Source: Clostridiales bacterium
GTDB lineage: Bacteria > Bacillota > Clostridia > Oscillospirales > Oscillospiraceae
Reading direction: 5' to 3'
NCBI GenBank assembly: GCA_019420945.1
Contig: JAHZGF010000003.1
Location: forward strand, 1,288 to 65,287
DNA length: 64,000 nucleotides
The position numbers and the translations under genes are program-made. The notes beneath the pieces were generated by a model, which made no database searches, was not told where the DNA came from, and saw only the letters and a program-made list of their open reading frames with translations. Position 1 is the first letter of the stretch, and each line of letters starts with the position of its first letter. This document shows positions 18,625-27,873 of this stretch, piece after piece.

Positions 18625-20271
18625 TTATTTTGTTGTGTGATACTTGGCTCCCGCACCTTTTCCATCCAAAGACAGTTGCCCCGCGTTTTTTAGCTTTTGC
18701 AGAATTCTGTATGCTTGGGGGGGCGTCACATGTAGAAGCTCCACCACATCTGCGCGTGTAACTTCGCCTTTTGCTTGTACCAACTGCATTACCAATTCCT
18801 GATGCCGGAGCGCATCGATATCTCGATTTCGCACATATCCAACGGTACTGTTTGTTTCTTTGGAGTACCTCGAGCTCATGATATAGTATCGTCCGCGGCC
18901 ATTGCCCAAGCGCTCTACTAATCCTGATTCCACAAGGTTTTCAAGAACGACACGTACCCGGCTCTCATCGGTATGAGTTCTTTCGGCCACATCCTGTACC
19001 GAGGCACGATGCAATTGTTTTACCGCATCTAGTGCAAGCAGCAGATGAATCGGCAGCGACCGTCCAAGGCGTTGCTGTTCTTCGGAAACCATGCAAATGA
19101 ATGCTTTGTCAGTCGGCCCTTTGGGAATAAACAGTTTCACACTGGATTGCGTGGAACTTGAGTAGTCCGGAAGCAATCGACCGTACAGCAAGGAGCCTTC
19201 AAAAATGCGGTCAATTCCTCTTCCCGTACGCTCGGCCAGACCAATACGCTTCATTGCATCAGCCAATGCCGGATTTCTTCCATGAGGTTCTGCATCCAGC
19301 AAATTGTCGACTCGGATGCCTTCGATAAATCCTCCGGGGTTGCTGATGGTCATGCCTTCATCATTTATTTGAACTAGAACGCGGCCAAGAACAGAATAGT
19401 CTCTGTGGCAGAATGCGTTGACCAGAGCTTCACGGAAGGCCCTGGGATCATAATCAGGAATCGTGATGCGGAACAGTCCCTGCTCCATTTCCTCGCTGTG
19501 ATTCCACGCAGAAAAAGCATCCGATATTTTTTCAAACGCCGCAAGAATGGGCAAATAGAAGGACTCATTCACTTTTATATCCGTGCCCACAAGAACTTGT
19601 ATGGATGCTTCCGCTGTTGGCATATGGCGTTTTAGTGCTTCTTTTCTACCAATCAGCAACATACCGCAAAATGTGGGAACGATAGCCCCATCCTGAATTG
19701 TGACCAACTGTAATGCCTTGTCCAACTCCTCGTCATTCAGTTCCAGCAGGGCTACTTCTCCGCGATAGGAACGGATGATGTTCCGTAACCGTTCACGTTC
19801 CACAGGATCAAGATCCTGATAGGTAGCATCTGGAACAGGCTGTGCGGAATAATCAAGCAAACTCAAAGATGAAAGCCGGGCGGTTATTTCGTATGGATAC
19901 ATGGGCACATTTTCGGGTTCGCCATTCGGCTTGAGTCGGCGTCGCTGAATCTTGCCATCAGAGGAAGCTACCACGCTGGTGCGCTTAGGAACAGAGATCC
20001 TCAACACCGGCGGATCGAATTCCAAAATTTCTGTACGAACAGAAACCGGAGGCACTGTTCGGTTGGCAATAAACGCCGCAAGCTGTGTGATGTCTTTATG
20101 CCTGTTGTGCAGTCCAGTAATTTCCCCATCATTTTCAACGCCCAAATATAAGTCGCCGCCATCGGTGTTGGCAAAGGCAACAACCGCGTCGATGATGTCA
20201 CCATCAGGCAAACAAGTTCTGTCACTTTTAAACTCATTCACGAGGTTTTCTTTGAAACCGATATTGGACAC
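18625..20271 (-). CDS. AlbA_2 (Schlafen-like) domain / ATPase-like / C-terminal winged-helix protein, putative regulator
   Basis: The N-terminus NEFKSDRTCLPDGDIIDAVVAFANTDGGDLYLGVENDG is typical of the AlbA_2 'divergent AAA' domain. The middle segment REALVNAFCHRDY and two C-terminal wHTH-like segments also fit. The start was chosen at the GTG 7 nt after GGAGG; the longest ORF would start at 20304. Confidence 0.7.
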   Translation of the reverse strand: MSNIGFKENLVNEFKSDRTCLPDGDIIDAVVAFANTDGGDLYLGVENDGEITGLHNRHKDITQLAAFIANRTVPPVSVRTEILEFDPPVLRISVPKRTSVVASSDGKIQRRRLKPNGEPENVPMYPYEITARLSSLSLLDYSAQPVPDATYQDLDPVERERLRNIIRSYRGEVALLELNDEELDKALQLVTIQDGAIVPTFCGMLLIGRKEALKRHMPTAEASIQVLVGTDIKVNESFYLPILAAFEKISDAFSAWNHSEEMEQGLFRITIPDYDPRAFREALVNAFCHRDYSVLGRVLVQINDEGMTISNPGGFIEGIRVDNLLDAEPHGRNPALADAMKRIGLAERTGRGIDRIFEGSLLYGRLLPDYSSSTQSSVKLFIPKGPTDKAFICMVSEEQQRLGRSLPIHLLLALDAVKQLHRASVQDVAERTHTDESRVRVVLENLVESGLVERLGNGRGRYYIMSSRYSKETNSTVGYVRNRDIDALRHQELVMQLVQAKGEVTRADVVELLHVTPPQAYRILQKLKNAGQLSLDGKGAGAKYHTTK

Positions 20272-20720
20272 AATCTCACCTCCAACGCGATCATTATAAC
20301 ACACGCGTGTGTTTAGCGCAACAGAAAACGCACGAATTATGTTGCATTATTTTCGTGCGCTCCTTTTTGTTTCTGCCAGACTATTTTATAGTATATCGGA
20401 TAAACAGGTTGTATCGCTCTTATTTGCTAATTTTGTCCATTCTTTGATTAACAAGAGGACTTGGCCTTTCATTATTCAAATTTCAGCAAAGGGAGTTTAC
20501 TAATTCAAACAAATTTTGCTGAATAAGCAAAGAGTGTTTGAATATTTCATCAAAATCAAACCGTAACAACCCACAATTATGGGTAGGGGCTGTTAAGTTT
20601 CCGCATGCTTTCGTTTTGTGCGGAAACTTCGTAAATGATAACTTTCCGATAACTCTCCGTCCCTGTCATTGACTATCCCGAATCCGGCAATATACTGTCG
20701 TTTCTGTAGGAGGTGTCGCT

Positions 20721-20915
20721 ATGACCCAGTCAGAATACGAGGCGGAGTTGCACTTTCGGCTCTGTAAAAGCATCTTCGCCACTCTGGCAACCAGGGGCAT
20801 CATCTCAAAAAATGATGTGCACATTTTACTCCGTGCCGCTGCGGAAAAATACCATGCACCAATTGGCGAATTGGAGGTGAACAGCATTGCCGGAGAAAAG
20901 AATTACACGGGTTGA
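20721..20915 (+). CDS. Small recombinase-associated protein (hypothetical)
   Basis: The 64-aa ORF follows an AGGAGG RBS and overlaps the recombinase start. It resembles the small ORF ahead of recombinase 2 (TQSEYE...L... versus TQEDLIRYRIL...). Confidence 0.5.
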   Translation: MTQSEYEAELHFRLCKSIFATLATRGIISKNDVHILLRAAAEKYHAPIGELEVNSIAGEKNYTG

Positions 20916-22410
20916 GTTCCCGGCCAGGACATTCTCCCCGGAACAGCCGCCGCCCACAAAACGGGTTGCAGCCTATGCCAGAGTATCCACCATGAAGGAT
21001 GCTCAGGAGAACAGTCTCCAAGCCCAGCAGGAGTATTTCACGGAATACATCCAACGCCATCCGGGCTGGGGCTTTGCCGGGATGTACTCCGATGATGGTA
21101 TCTCCGGGCTGTCGATCCGCGAGCGTGACGGTTTCAACAGTATGGTAACGGATGCCCTGGACGGTAAAATCGATTTGATTCTCACTAAGTCTTTGTCCCG
21201 TTTCGCCAGAAACACTGTGGATGCCCTCACCACTATCCGTAGCTTGAAAGCTGCTGGAGTGGCAGTCTATTTTCAAAAAGAGAATATCAACACAATGGAC
21301 AGCACCGGCGAGTTCCTCATCACCCTGATGAGTTCCTTTGCCGAAGAAGAGAGTCGATCCATCTCCGAGAATGTCACCTGGGCCGTCCGCCATCGATACG
21401 CCCAAGGAATCTATCATCTCCCCGGACTGCTTTTGGGGTATCAGCGCAGCCCGGTTGGCGAAATTCATGTCGATGAAGCCGGGGCCAGAGTCGTGCGGTT
21501 CATCTACCTGCTTGCCCTGGCTGGGAAAAGCAGCACAGATATCTGCCGTATTCTTATGGACTATGGAATTCTCTCCCCGGGACAGAGTCAGAGGTGGGAA
21601 CCGCACACAGTACGCAGCATTCTGAAAAACGAGAAATATATGGGTGATGCTATCCTCCAAAAAGAGATTACCGTGGATTTCCTGACAAAAACCAGAAAAC
21701 CAAACGAGGGCGAAGCGCCGCAATACTATGTGGAGAACGGACATCCCTGTATCGTCAGCAAGTCTGTGTGGCAGGAAGTGCAAGCCACATGGACGGACGC
21801 CATCCGCCGGAATTGCACCTTCTCACCCATTGCCAACAAAGTCATCTGCGGCGGCTGTGGCGGTCGGTATGGTCGAAAGACCTGGCACTCCACCACCTAC
21901 CGGGATGCCGTCTGGGAGTGCAATAGCAAGAAGGCTGGCCGCACAAAATGTAAATGCCGCCACATTTACGCCGAGGAACTGGACACCGCCATTCGCCGCT
22001 CCATGCATCATCTGCTGAAGATCCATAAAAACATCATCCCTGACTGCGCGGATCTGTTGTCACAGACTCCGGGAGAGATTTCATCAGATGCTCGATCCGT
22101 TCTGAATGATATAGCCCGTGGGAAACTGGATATCCGGATTGACGGTCTGATGATTGGTATCCTTATCCGAAAAATGGTGGTCACGCCAAAGCAAACCCTA
22201 GTAATTCACTTTCTGGACGGCACCACCTACCGCCACCGCTTGGGCGCTACCCCCAGAGGAACTCGGCTGTATAGCACGAAGCGAGATCACAGTCAGATAC
22301 TGGCCTTATACGCCGAGGGATGCTCCGCAAAGGAAATATCGCAGAGGTTGGGGATCAGTGTAAATACGGTGCGGTCGTTTTTGCGGCGGCACCATAGAAG
22401 CGATACTTAA
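20887..22410 (+). CDS. Large serine recombinase with a C-terminal sigma-70-region-4/LuxR-like HTH
   Basis: The resolvase catalytic domain is VAAYARVSTMKD...DLILTKSLSRFARNTVDALTTIRSLK. A recombinase domain and a Cys-rich zinc ribbon (CGGCGG...WECNSKKAGRTKCKC) follow. The C-terminal HTH is CSAKEISQRLGISVNTVRSFLRRH. The start is TTG after GGAGGTGA. Confidence 0.9.
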   Translation: MPEKRITRVEFPARTFSPEQPPPTKRVAAYARVSTMKDAQENSLQAQQEYFTEYIQRHPGWGFAGMYSDDGISGLSIRERDGFNSMVTDALDGKIDLILTKSLSRFARNTVDALTTIRSLKAAGVAVYFQKENINTMDSTGEFLITLMSSFAEEESRSISENVTWAVRHRYAQGIYHLPGLLLGYQRSPVGEIHVDEAGARVVRFIYLLALAGKSSTDICRILMDYGILSPGQSQRWEPHTVRSILKNEKYMGDAILQKEITVDFLTKTRKPNEGEAPQYYVENGHPCIVSKSVWQEVQATWTDAIRRNCTFSPIANKVICGGCGGRYGRKTWHSTTYRDAVWECNSKKAGRTKCKCRHIYAEELDTAIRRSMHHLLKIHKNIIPDCADLLSQTPGEISSDARSVLNDIARGKLDIRIDGLMIGILIRKMVVTPKQTLVIHFLDGTTYRHRLGATPRGTRLYSTKRDHSQILALYAEGCSAKEISQRLGISVNTVRSFLRRHHRSDT

Positions 22411-22525
22411 ACGAAGGATGTTATGCACGGGTTGTCCACCCATGCATGGCACCTAATTGCTTGTTCAGCTAAGCCAATCAGATAAAACCGTCACAACCAA
22501 CATTGTAAATACAAAATTTACCAAA

Positions 22526-22942
22526 TCAGCCAATAATCTGAAGGACTAGGTTTTGTAGGGTGTTATCTACTACAGATTTCATCAATTGGCATTCCCAAAT
22601 CTCGATTACACGCCACCCTTGGTTGGCAAGAAGCTGGTGATTATGCTTGTCCCGCTGAATATTTCCGGTAATCTTTTCTTTCCAGAATTCCGCATTATTC
22701 TTTGGCCATACAAAATAGCGGCAACCTTCATGACCATGCCAAAAGCAACCATTCACAAAGATGACTGCTTTGTATTTGGGCAACACGATATCCGGTTTTC
22801 CCGGTAGCTTGGCGTCATTTTTCCGATACCGGAACCCCTGTGAAAACAGGAACTTTCTCACCAATTCTTCAGGTTTTGTGTTTTTGCTGTGAATCCGGGA
22901 CATATTGTAGCTTCGTTGTTCCGGAGTATGCACATCGGCCAC
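22526..22942 (-). CDS. vsr: Very-short-patch repair endonuclease
   Basis: The sequence RSYNMSRIHSKNTKPEELVRKFLFSQGFRYRKN...GKPDIVLPKYKAVIFVNGCFWHGH matches the Vsr family. This is the last gene of the operon, 22 nt after dcm. Confidence 0.9.
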   Translation of the reverse strand: MADVHTPEQRSYNMSRIHSKNTKPEELVRKFLFSQGFRYRKNDAKLPGKPDIVLPKYKAVIFVNGCFWHGHEGCRYFVWPKNNAEFWKEKITGNIQRDKHNHQLLANQGWRVIEIWECQLMKSVVDNTLQNLVLQIIG

Positions 22943-22964
22943 AACAATCCCTCCTCCCTAAAGG

Positions 22965-24239
22965 TTAATCATGTTCATCAAATCTGTCCAGCAAAGCCAT
23001 GGCAACATGATATGCCAAGCACACTGGTACTGCATTTCCAATTTGTTTGAACGCCAATGTTCGTGAGGGAATACCCTTTTTTGATTCGAAATAATAATTA
23101 TCCGGGAATGTCTGTATTCTGGCAGCTTCACGTGGCGTGATTGAACGATTTTGCTCAATATCCGGATGGATAAAATAGTGCCCATCCCGAGCGATATGGG
23201 CAACAATCGTTTGTGCATGCGGCAGATCTCCGGCGACGACTTTAAATCGGTCCAGGAAAGATGTAGTATTTTGATGTGTCCGGAGATTCGCTGGCAAATC
23301 TATATATGACACCCGGGTGCCAGTTCTGTTCCATGTATCCACAACAATCCGATAAATCTCCAGGTCTTGGTCTATGTGCGGTCTCGCTTGGTGGAATGTT
23401 ACTGGTTCAGTATCGTACTCCTTGATTCCGGACTCATACAGATATTGACCGTCGTAGTGTGCTGTAGGAACCGGCTCGGTCGTTCCGCCACCAGCAGGTA
23501 TAGCAGGCAAATCGCCAAATACCTCACTTACCAAATATTGATTTGGTATAGCCGGAATGTCAGGATAAAAGCCTTCATGATTTCCTCTGATGCCAATGAG
23601 AATGATCCTTTTCCGGTTCTGGAGAACTCCGTAATCTGATGCGTTGAGTGGTCGGAATTCAGTGGAGTACCCACATTCGCGGAACAGTGCCCTCATATTA
23701 TCAAAGTGAAGCGTCTCATCTTCGTCCTTGGCCGATAGCAGCCCAAGAACATTTTCAAACACAAAATATGCAGGCTGATATCTTCTCAGAAATTCAGCAT
23801 AGTGTCTGTAGAGATAGTTGCGCTGATCGCCTACCATTCGTGTTTCAGATCGGGATCGGCCTGCAAGGGAATAGGCCTGACACGGAGGCCCGCCAATAAT
23901 CAAGTCCAACGGTTCTTCACCAACCAATGCGTCAACTTCTTCGAAAATAGCCGGCAGCGTTTCCGTAGAAATCTCATAATTCAATACCGAATCCAAAACT
24001 CCCTGCGGAATGTGATCATAAAACTGATTGCGGCTAATTTCCCGATTGAGATATTGATTATATATATCCAACTGGTCATGCTCCCGCAACCAATGGTATG
24101 CCATACGTGTTTTCAACGTATAGCACGCAGCTACATCCATTTCCACATGTCCTACGGCCTCATACCCTGCCCTTAGGAAGCCTTCGGATAAACCTCCAGC
24201 TCCTGCAAACAGGTCCAAAAATCTGGGCATATACATCAC
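22965..24239 (-). CDS. dcm: DNA (cytosine-5)-methyltransferase (DrmMII-like position)
   Basis: Motif I is FLDLFAGAGGLSEGF, motif IV is GGPPCQAYS, motif VI is ENV and motif X is QIGNAVP. Confidence 0.92.
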   Translation of the reverse strand: MMYMPRFLDLFAGAGGLSEGFLRAGYEAVGHVEMDVAACYTLKTRMAYHWLREHDQLDIYNQYLNREISRNQFYDHIPQGVLDSVLNYEISTETLPAIFEEVDALVGEEPLDLIIGGPPCQAYSLAGRSRSETRMVGDQRNYLYRHYAEFLRRYQPAYFVFENVLGLLSAKDEDETLHFDNMRALFRECGYSTEFRPLNASDYGVLQNRKRIILIGIRGNHEGFYPDIPAIPNQYLVSEVFGDLPAIPAGGGTTEPVPTAHYDGQYLYESGIKEYDTEPVTFHQARPHIDQDLEIYRIVVDTWNRTGTRVSYIDLPANLRTHQNTTSFLDRFKVVAGDLPHAQTIVAHIARDGHYFIHPDIEQNRSITPREAARIQTFPDNYYFESKKGIPSRTLAFKQIGNAVPVCLAYHVAMALLDRFDEHD

Positions 24240-24277
24240 CCCGTCCTAACTTACATTTGGTTTGATGTCTGACCACC

Positions 24278-26011
24278 TTATGTACCAACTTGCGTAAAAC
24301 CAGACAGAATCATATTTTGGCGTTCCTGCTCGGCATTGCAATCATAAAGAACATAGAGCATCGCGCATGCACGGGAAGCTGCCACATAATTCAGCAACCG
24401 GGTTTCCTCATCAGAAAAATGGTCTATATCAATCATAATTACAATTTTCGATTCCAAACCTTTGAAACCGGAAATTGTAGAAAATCTCACATCGTTCTTT
24501 TTGGCTTTCCACAGTGGCCCTGTTGTCTTCAATGTTCCAAGGTCTTTATCCAGTCCTGTGAGACCCAGTCCATTCAGGGGATTTGCCAGCGTGTAGCGGG
24601 AAAGAATTATAAAATCGCTGCCAATCGCACCGCTGTCCTTAATTTTCCGGACAATCGCATTGATTTTTTTCCGTTCATCATCTTTTCCGTTATAGCTGCC
24701 ATACTCGACCTGTGGGCCTGACACCGTGGGTTTTCCCTGATTGGGAATGTTGGTCATCAGAATATTGGCATTTGCAATCTGCTTGGTGTTTCTGCAATTC
24801 GCATGTAATTTCCAACTCATTGCATACGCTTCTTTGCGAAGTTTCTTTATCATCGCATCAAGCTGAGCATAGGAATTGAAGATATTCTGGTTCGGATCAT
24901 AATAAATTGCCCATGATCCGTCGCCCAATCCATCCCGTACAATTCTGTCAATGCACTCCAGGTAGGTATCAGTGAGCAAATCCTGTCCTTCATCAATGAT
25001 TACCAAATCATACGCAGGAACATCTTCTGCCACAATAAAAGTTGCTGGCAATTCTTTCTCATAAAAATGCTGACTCAGATCCGAAGACCACTCAATACCG
25101 CAGGTACGCATCATGAATGCATGAAGTGTAACCGCTTCAATATAGACTCTGTCTTTTTCGAACTGGTACTGCACATACTGGGCAATATTGTGGTTATAGC
25201 AAAGGTACAGTACACTTTTTCCTTCCCAATATGCCCTGCGGGCCTGCTCCATTGCAATCAATGTTTTGCCTGCACCCGCAACGCCGGAAACCATCGTCCG
25301 AGGATTTTCAAAAAGCGATTCCAACACTTCATATTGCTCAGCGGTTAGCGCACACAACTCCTTCACTGTACGTTCCACCGTATCCTTCATAGAAGGAACA
25401 AAATAAAAATCACCGCGAAGCAGATTAGCCAGCTTATCGATTTCGGCATCAGTCAGCCGCCCACCCTCAAAGCCGTGCTTGTTCAGACAGGCCTGTCTCC
25501 AATATCCAAATGCCTGATTGGCAATGCTGTCCAAATTCCAGGACTGTTTTGCATCGACCAAGATCTCTGGAACAACATCGATACCGACACCCGTTGCTTC
25601 AAAACGGCAATCTGGCATAGCAACAGCACATGCATACTGGCAACGCACCAGTGGATCATAATTTCCAAGCCTGCGAACCATATACTGTCTTAAAGACTGC
25701 ATATTACCCTGCACTTGCTGGAATGGTCCTTCATTCTTACGAGAGATTTTGCCGTAGCGATTTGTAAATTCCCATACGCCATTTCTGCGGGAAACCTGCC
25801 CACCCTTAACTTCAAGACACAGTACACCCTCATTGCACAGAATTACAAAATCAATCTCACCGAAAATATTGTTGGCATGCTCTGCAATTCCCAATGAATG
25901 CAGAACAATATATTTTTTATTCGTTCTATGGTCCCGGAATTCGATAAACAGTCGCTTTTCAGCAGGACTCTTGATTTCCGGTGACAGAACATCTGGAATT
26001 AATTGAACCAT
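24278..26011 (-). CDS. NERD-domain nuclease fused to a UvrD/AAA_19-type SF1 helicase
   Basis: The NERD core is FGEIDFVILCNEGVLCLEVKGG. Walker A is SGVAGAGKT, Walker B is VIIDEGQDL, and the C-terminal UvrD_C-like segment is ISGFKGLESKIVIMIDID...YVAASRA. Confidence 0.8.
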   Translation of the reverse strand: MVQLIPDVLSPEIKSPAEKRLFIEFRDHRTNKKYIVLHSLGIAEHANNIFGEIDFVILCNEGVLCLEVKGGQVSRRNGVWEFTNRYGKISRKNEGPFQQVQGNMQSLRQYMVRRLGNYDPLVRCQYACAVAMPDCRFEATGVGIDVVPEILVDAKQSWNLDSIANQAFGYWRQACLNKHGFEGGRLTDAEIDKLANLLRGDFYFVPSMKDTVERTVKELCALTAEQYEVLESLFENPRTMVSGVAGAGKTLIAMEQARRAYWEGKSVLYLCYNHNIAQYVQYQFEKDRVYIEAVTLHAFMMRTCGIEWSSDLSQHFYEKELPATFIVAEDVPAYDLVIIDEGQDLLTDTYLECIDRIVRDGLGDGSWAIYYDPNQNIFNSYAQLDAMIKKLRKEAYAMSWKLHANCRNTKQIANANILMTNIPNQGKPTVSGPQVEYGSYNGKDDERKKINAIVRKIKDSGAIGSDFIILSRYTLANPLNGLGLTGLDKDLGTLKTTGPLWKAKKNDVRFSTISGFKGLESKIVIMIDIDHFSDEETRLLNYVAASRACAMLYVLYDCNAEQERQNMILSGFTQVGT

Positions 26012-26023
26012 ATTTTTCTCCTG

Positions 26024-27871
26024 TTATTCCAGCAAGGCTCCAAAGAATCCCCGTTCTCTGTCTTTTATAGTACCAACTACAGCAGCTCGATCCAACAAGC
26101 AGTTTCGCATTTCACAGCTGGTTTCAGGCAAAAGCGAACAAGCGTGGCACGCTGCGTAATTTAGAGAGTCATATCCCTGTGCATGAGATTCGATGCAAAT
26201 AGGATCGGAGGAACACCAAGACGCTTCCTGGAGCATATTTCTGAAAATCATTTCAAAAGACTCCGGGAGTCCTTTTCTCACCAATCCGCCCAAGCTACCA
26301 TCAGAGTCAGAAGAAGAAGTATATAACAGAATACCTGCCATTTTTACATCAGATTCCGGATAGGTGCTGTAAATCCGTTCCTTAATGGAAGCACCGGAAT
26401 AACCGCACTCCAATGACAACTGACGGATCAGCAGATGAGAAAGCGTGTGCAGCAGTACATACCGGGCGGAGAAATTCTCGCAGCCCACATTACTGTGTTC
26501 CAGACGGTCCCGCATGGGCAGATACTCATCCTCAAAAGCCGCTTCCCATTCTTCCAATGCATCTTCTCTTAGCTTGATGAACAAACCTTCTCCCAGCATT
26601 ACAATGGCAGGAAGCCAGTTCAACTCCACATCACTGAGCGGGACACAATCTCCGGACAAGTGGTATCCTTTGAATCTGTCGTCATCAGCATTGGGTTGCT
26701 CTGGAGTAATCCGGCGGAAGCCGCGCAACGCAAGTACCTCACGCAGGCGCTTTGCCAATACGACATCTTCGATATAGTCCTCGAGGAATTCCGGAACCGT
26801 TGCTCGTGCAATTCTGAACTGCACATCTTCCGGATCATCGTAATCACCCATGCAGAAAACACGATACTCATCTTCAAGCAGGTTCTGCTTGGTATACTCA
26901 CCTCCATCGCCGTCATTATAACGTTTCTTAATCTCAGATATTAACTCATCAATTGTACAAATCTGCATCGCCAATAACGAATGGAATACACCTTGTACAA
27001 CGGCTCTCAGGACATATTCATCTGGGTTGCTCGCCAGAATATCTTCAATTTGCTCCCATCGTACCGCAATTTCCTGCTGAACCTTACTGCTCCAAGGTGG
27101 AATAGTTAACGCACTTGCTGTCATAGAAAAATAAACATTGGAAGCCCCACGCTGGAGTGCCCGCAGCTGTGCTGTGCAGGACACCGGATCATTATATTCC
27201 TTTTTGCTGCCCAGCCAGGGACGTTTTCCGTGACAGGAGTAGCCCCGGAGGGCATCCTTAGCCATACTGCCAGCCATTGTGCGACTCTTTCCACAAGCAG
27301 TACACTTGATAACAACGCTGTCCAGTCCACCGGTTTCATCGGAGAAACTGATGCGAAGGGCACCGTTGCGTTTATCAGAAGGACATTCACTAAAGTTCCC
27401 GTAATGGACCCACCATTCATAGGGGAAGTCCTCCAGGTGGCCATTGGTACATGCGGCAATAAAACGGGAGGGAACAATATTTCTCTTAGGATGACCGTTA
27501 GAACAACTGCGGTCTGTCACATCGCCAAAGCCCCAGTACGGCATCAGCCTCCCGCAATTGGGATCAGGGCAGAAATGATAGTAGGGAAAGCGGAATGCCG
27601 GAACATCCGGAGTCATTTCGTCATCTTGGGAATTGGACACATAAGGCTCTTTGAAATGTGAGACTTTCAACAGTTTTTCAAGATTTGGTTCGTGCAGAAC
27701 CGGACTGTTATCCTTCCAGTAATTGGCACCCGCCATAATGACAGAATAATCCGGCATATCTACAATAGAACCGTTGCCGAAAGTGGTAATCAACTGCGTT
27801 TTGCGCAATCTGCCCACCACTTTCTTAGGCTTGGCTTGATCTCTGTTTGAACCAAAGTGTAGTCTTGCCAT
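26024..27871 (-). CDS. DUF1998-domain protein (DrmB-like)
   Basis: Several Cys clusters are present (HFCPDPNCGR, IKCTACGK). The C-terminal DUF1998/MrfA-type zinc motif is YAACHACSLLPETSCEMRNCLLDR. The start lies 2 nt after the stop of the helicase gene. Confidence 0.8.
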   Translation of the reverse strand: MARLHFGSNRDQAKPKKVVGRLRKTQLITTFGNGSIVDMPDYSVIMAGANYWKDNSPVLHEPNLEKLLKVSHFKEPYVSNSQDDEMTPDVPAFRFPYYHFCPDPNCGRLMPYWGFGDVTDRSCSNGHPKRNIVPSRFIAACTNGHLEDFPYEWWVHYGNFSECPSDKRNGALRISFSDETGGLDSVVIKCTACGKSRTMAGSMAKDALRGYSCHGKRPWLGSKKEYNDPVSCTAQLRALQRGASNVYFSMTASALTIPPWSSKVQQEIAVRWEQIEDILASNPDEYVLRAVVQGVFHSLLAMQICTIDELISEIKKRYNDGDGGEYTKQNLLEDEYRVFCMGDYDDPEDVQFRIARATVPEFLEDYIEDVVLAKRLREVLALRGFRRITPEQPNADDDRFKGYHLSGDCVPLSDVELNWLPAIVMLGEGLFIKLREDALEEWEAAFEDEYLPMRDRLEHSNVGCENFSARYVLLHTLSHLLIRQLSLECGYSGASIKERIYSTYPESDVKMAGILLYTSSSDSDGSLGGLVRKGLPESFEMIFRNMLQEASWCSSDPICIESHAQGYDSLNYAACHACSLLPETSCEMRNCLLDRAAVVGTIKDRERGFFGALLE

Positions 27872-27873
27872 AA

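Noticed and set aside
18318-18761. A 147-aa plus-strand ORF and two ~75-aa minus-strand ORFs lie in the 18.2-18.6 kb spacer.
   Set aside because: They read straight through the terminator hairpin (18335-18369) and the 20-bp palindrome. They have no RBS and no family resemblance. The region is better explained as intergenic with structured elements.
20595-20629. A hairpin (aagtttccgca...tgcggaaactt) lies upstream of the recombinase-1 locus and was considered as an att site or terminator.
   Set aside because: The 11-bp stem is real, but the loop is 13 nt, there is no T-tract on either strand, and no matching sequence occurs at the other candidate element ends. The function is undeterminable from sequence alone.
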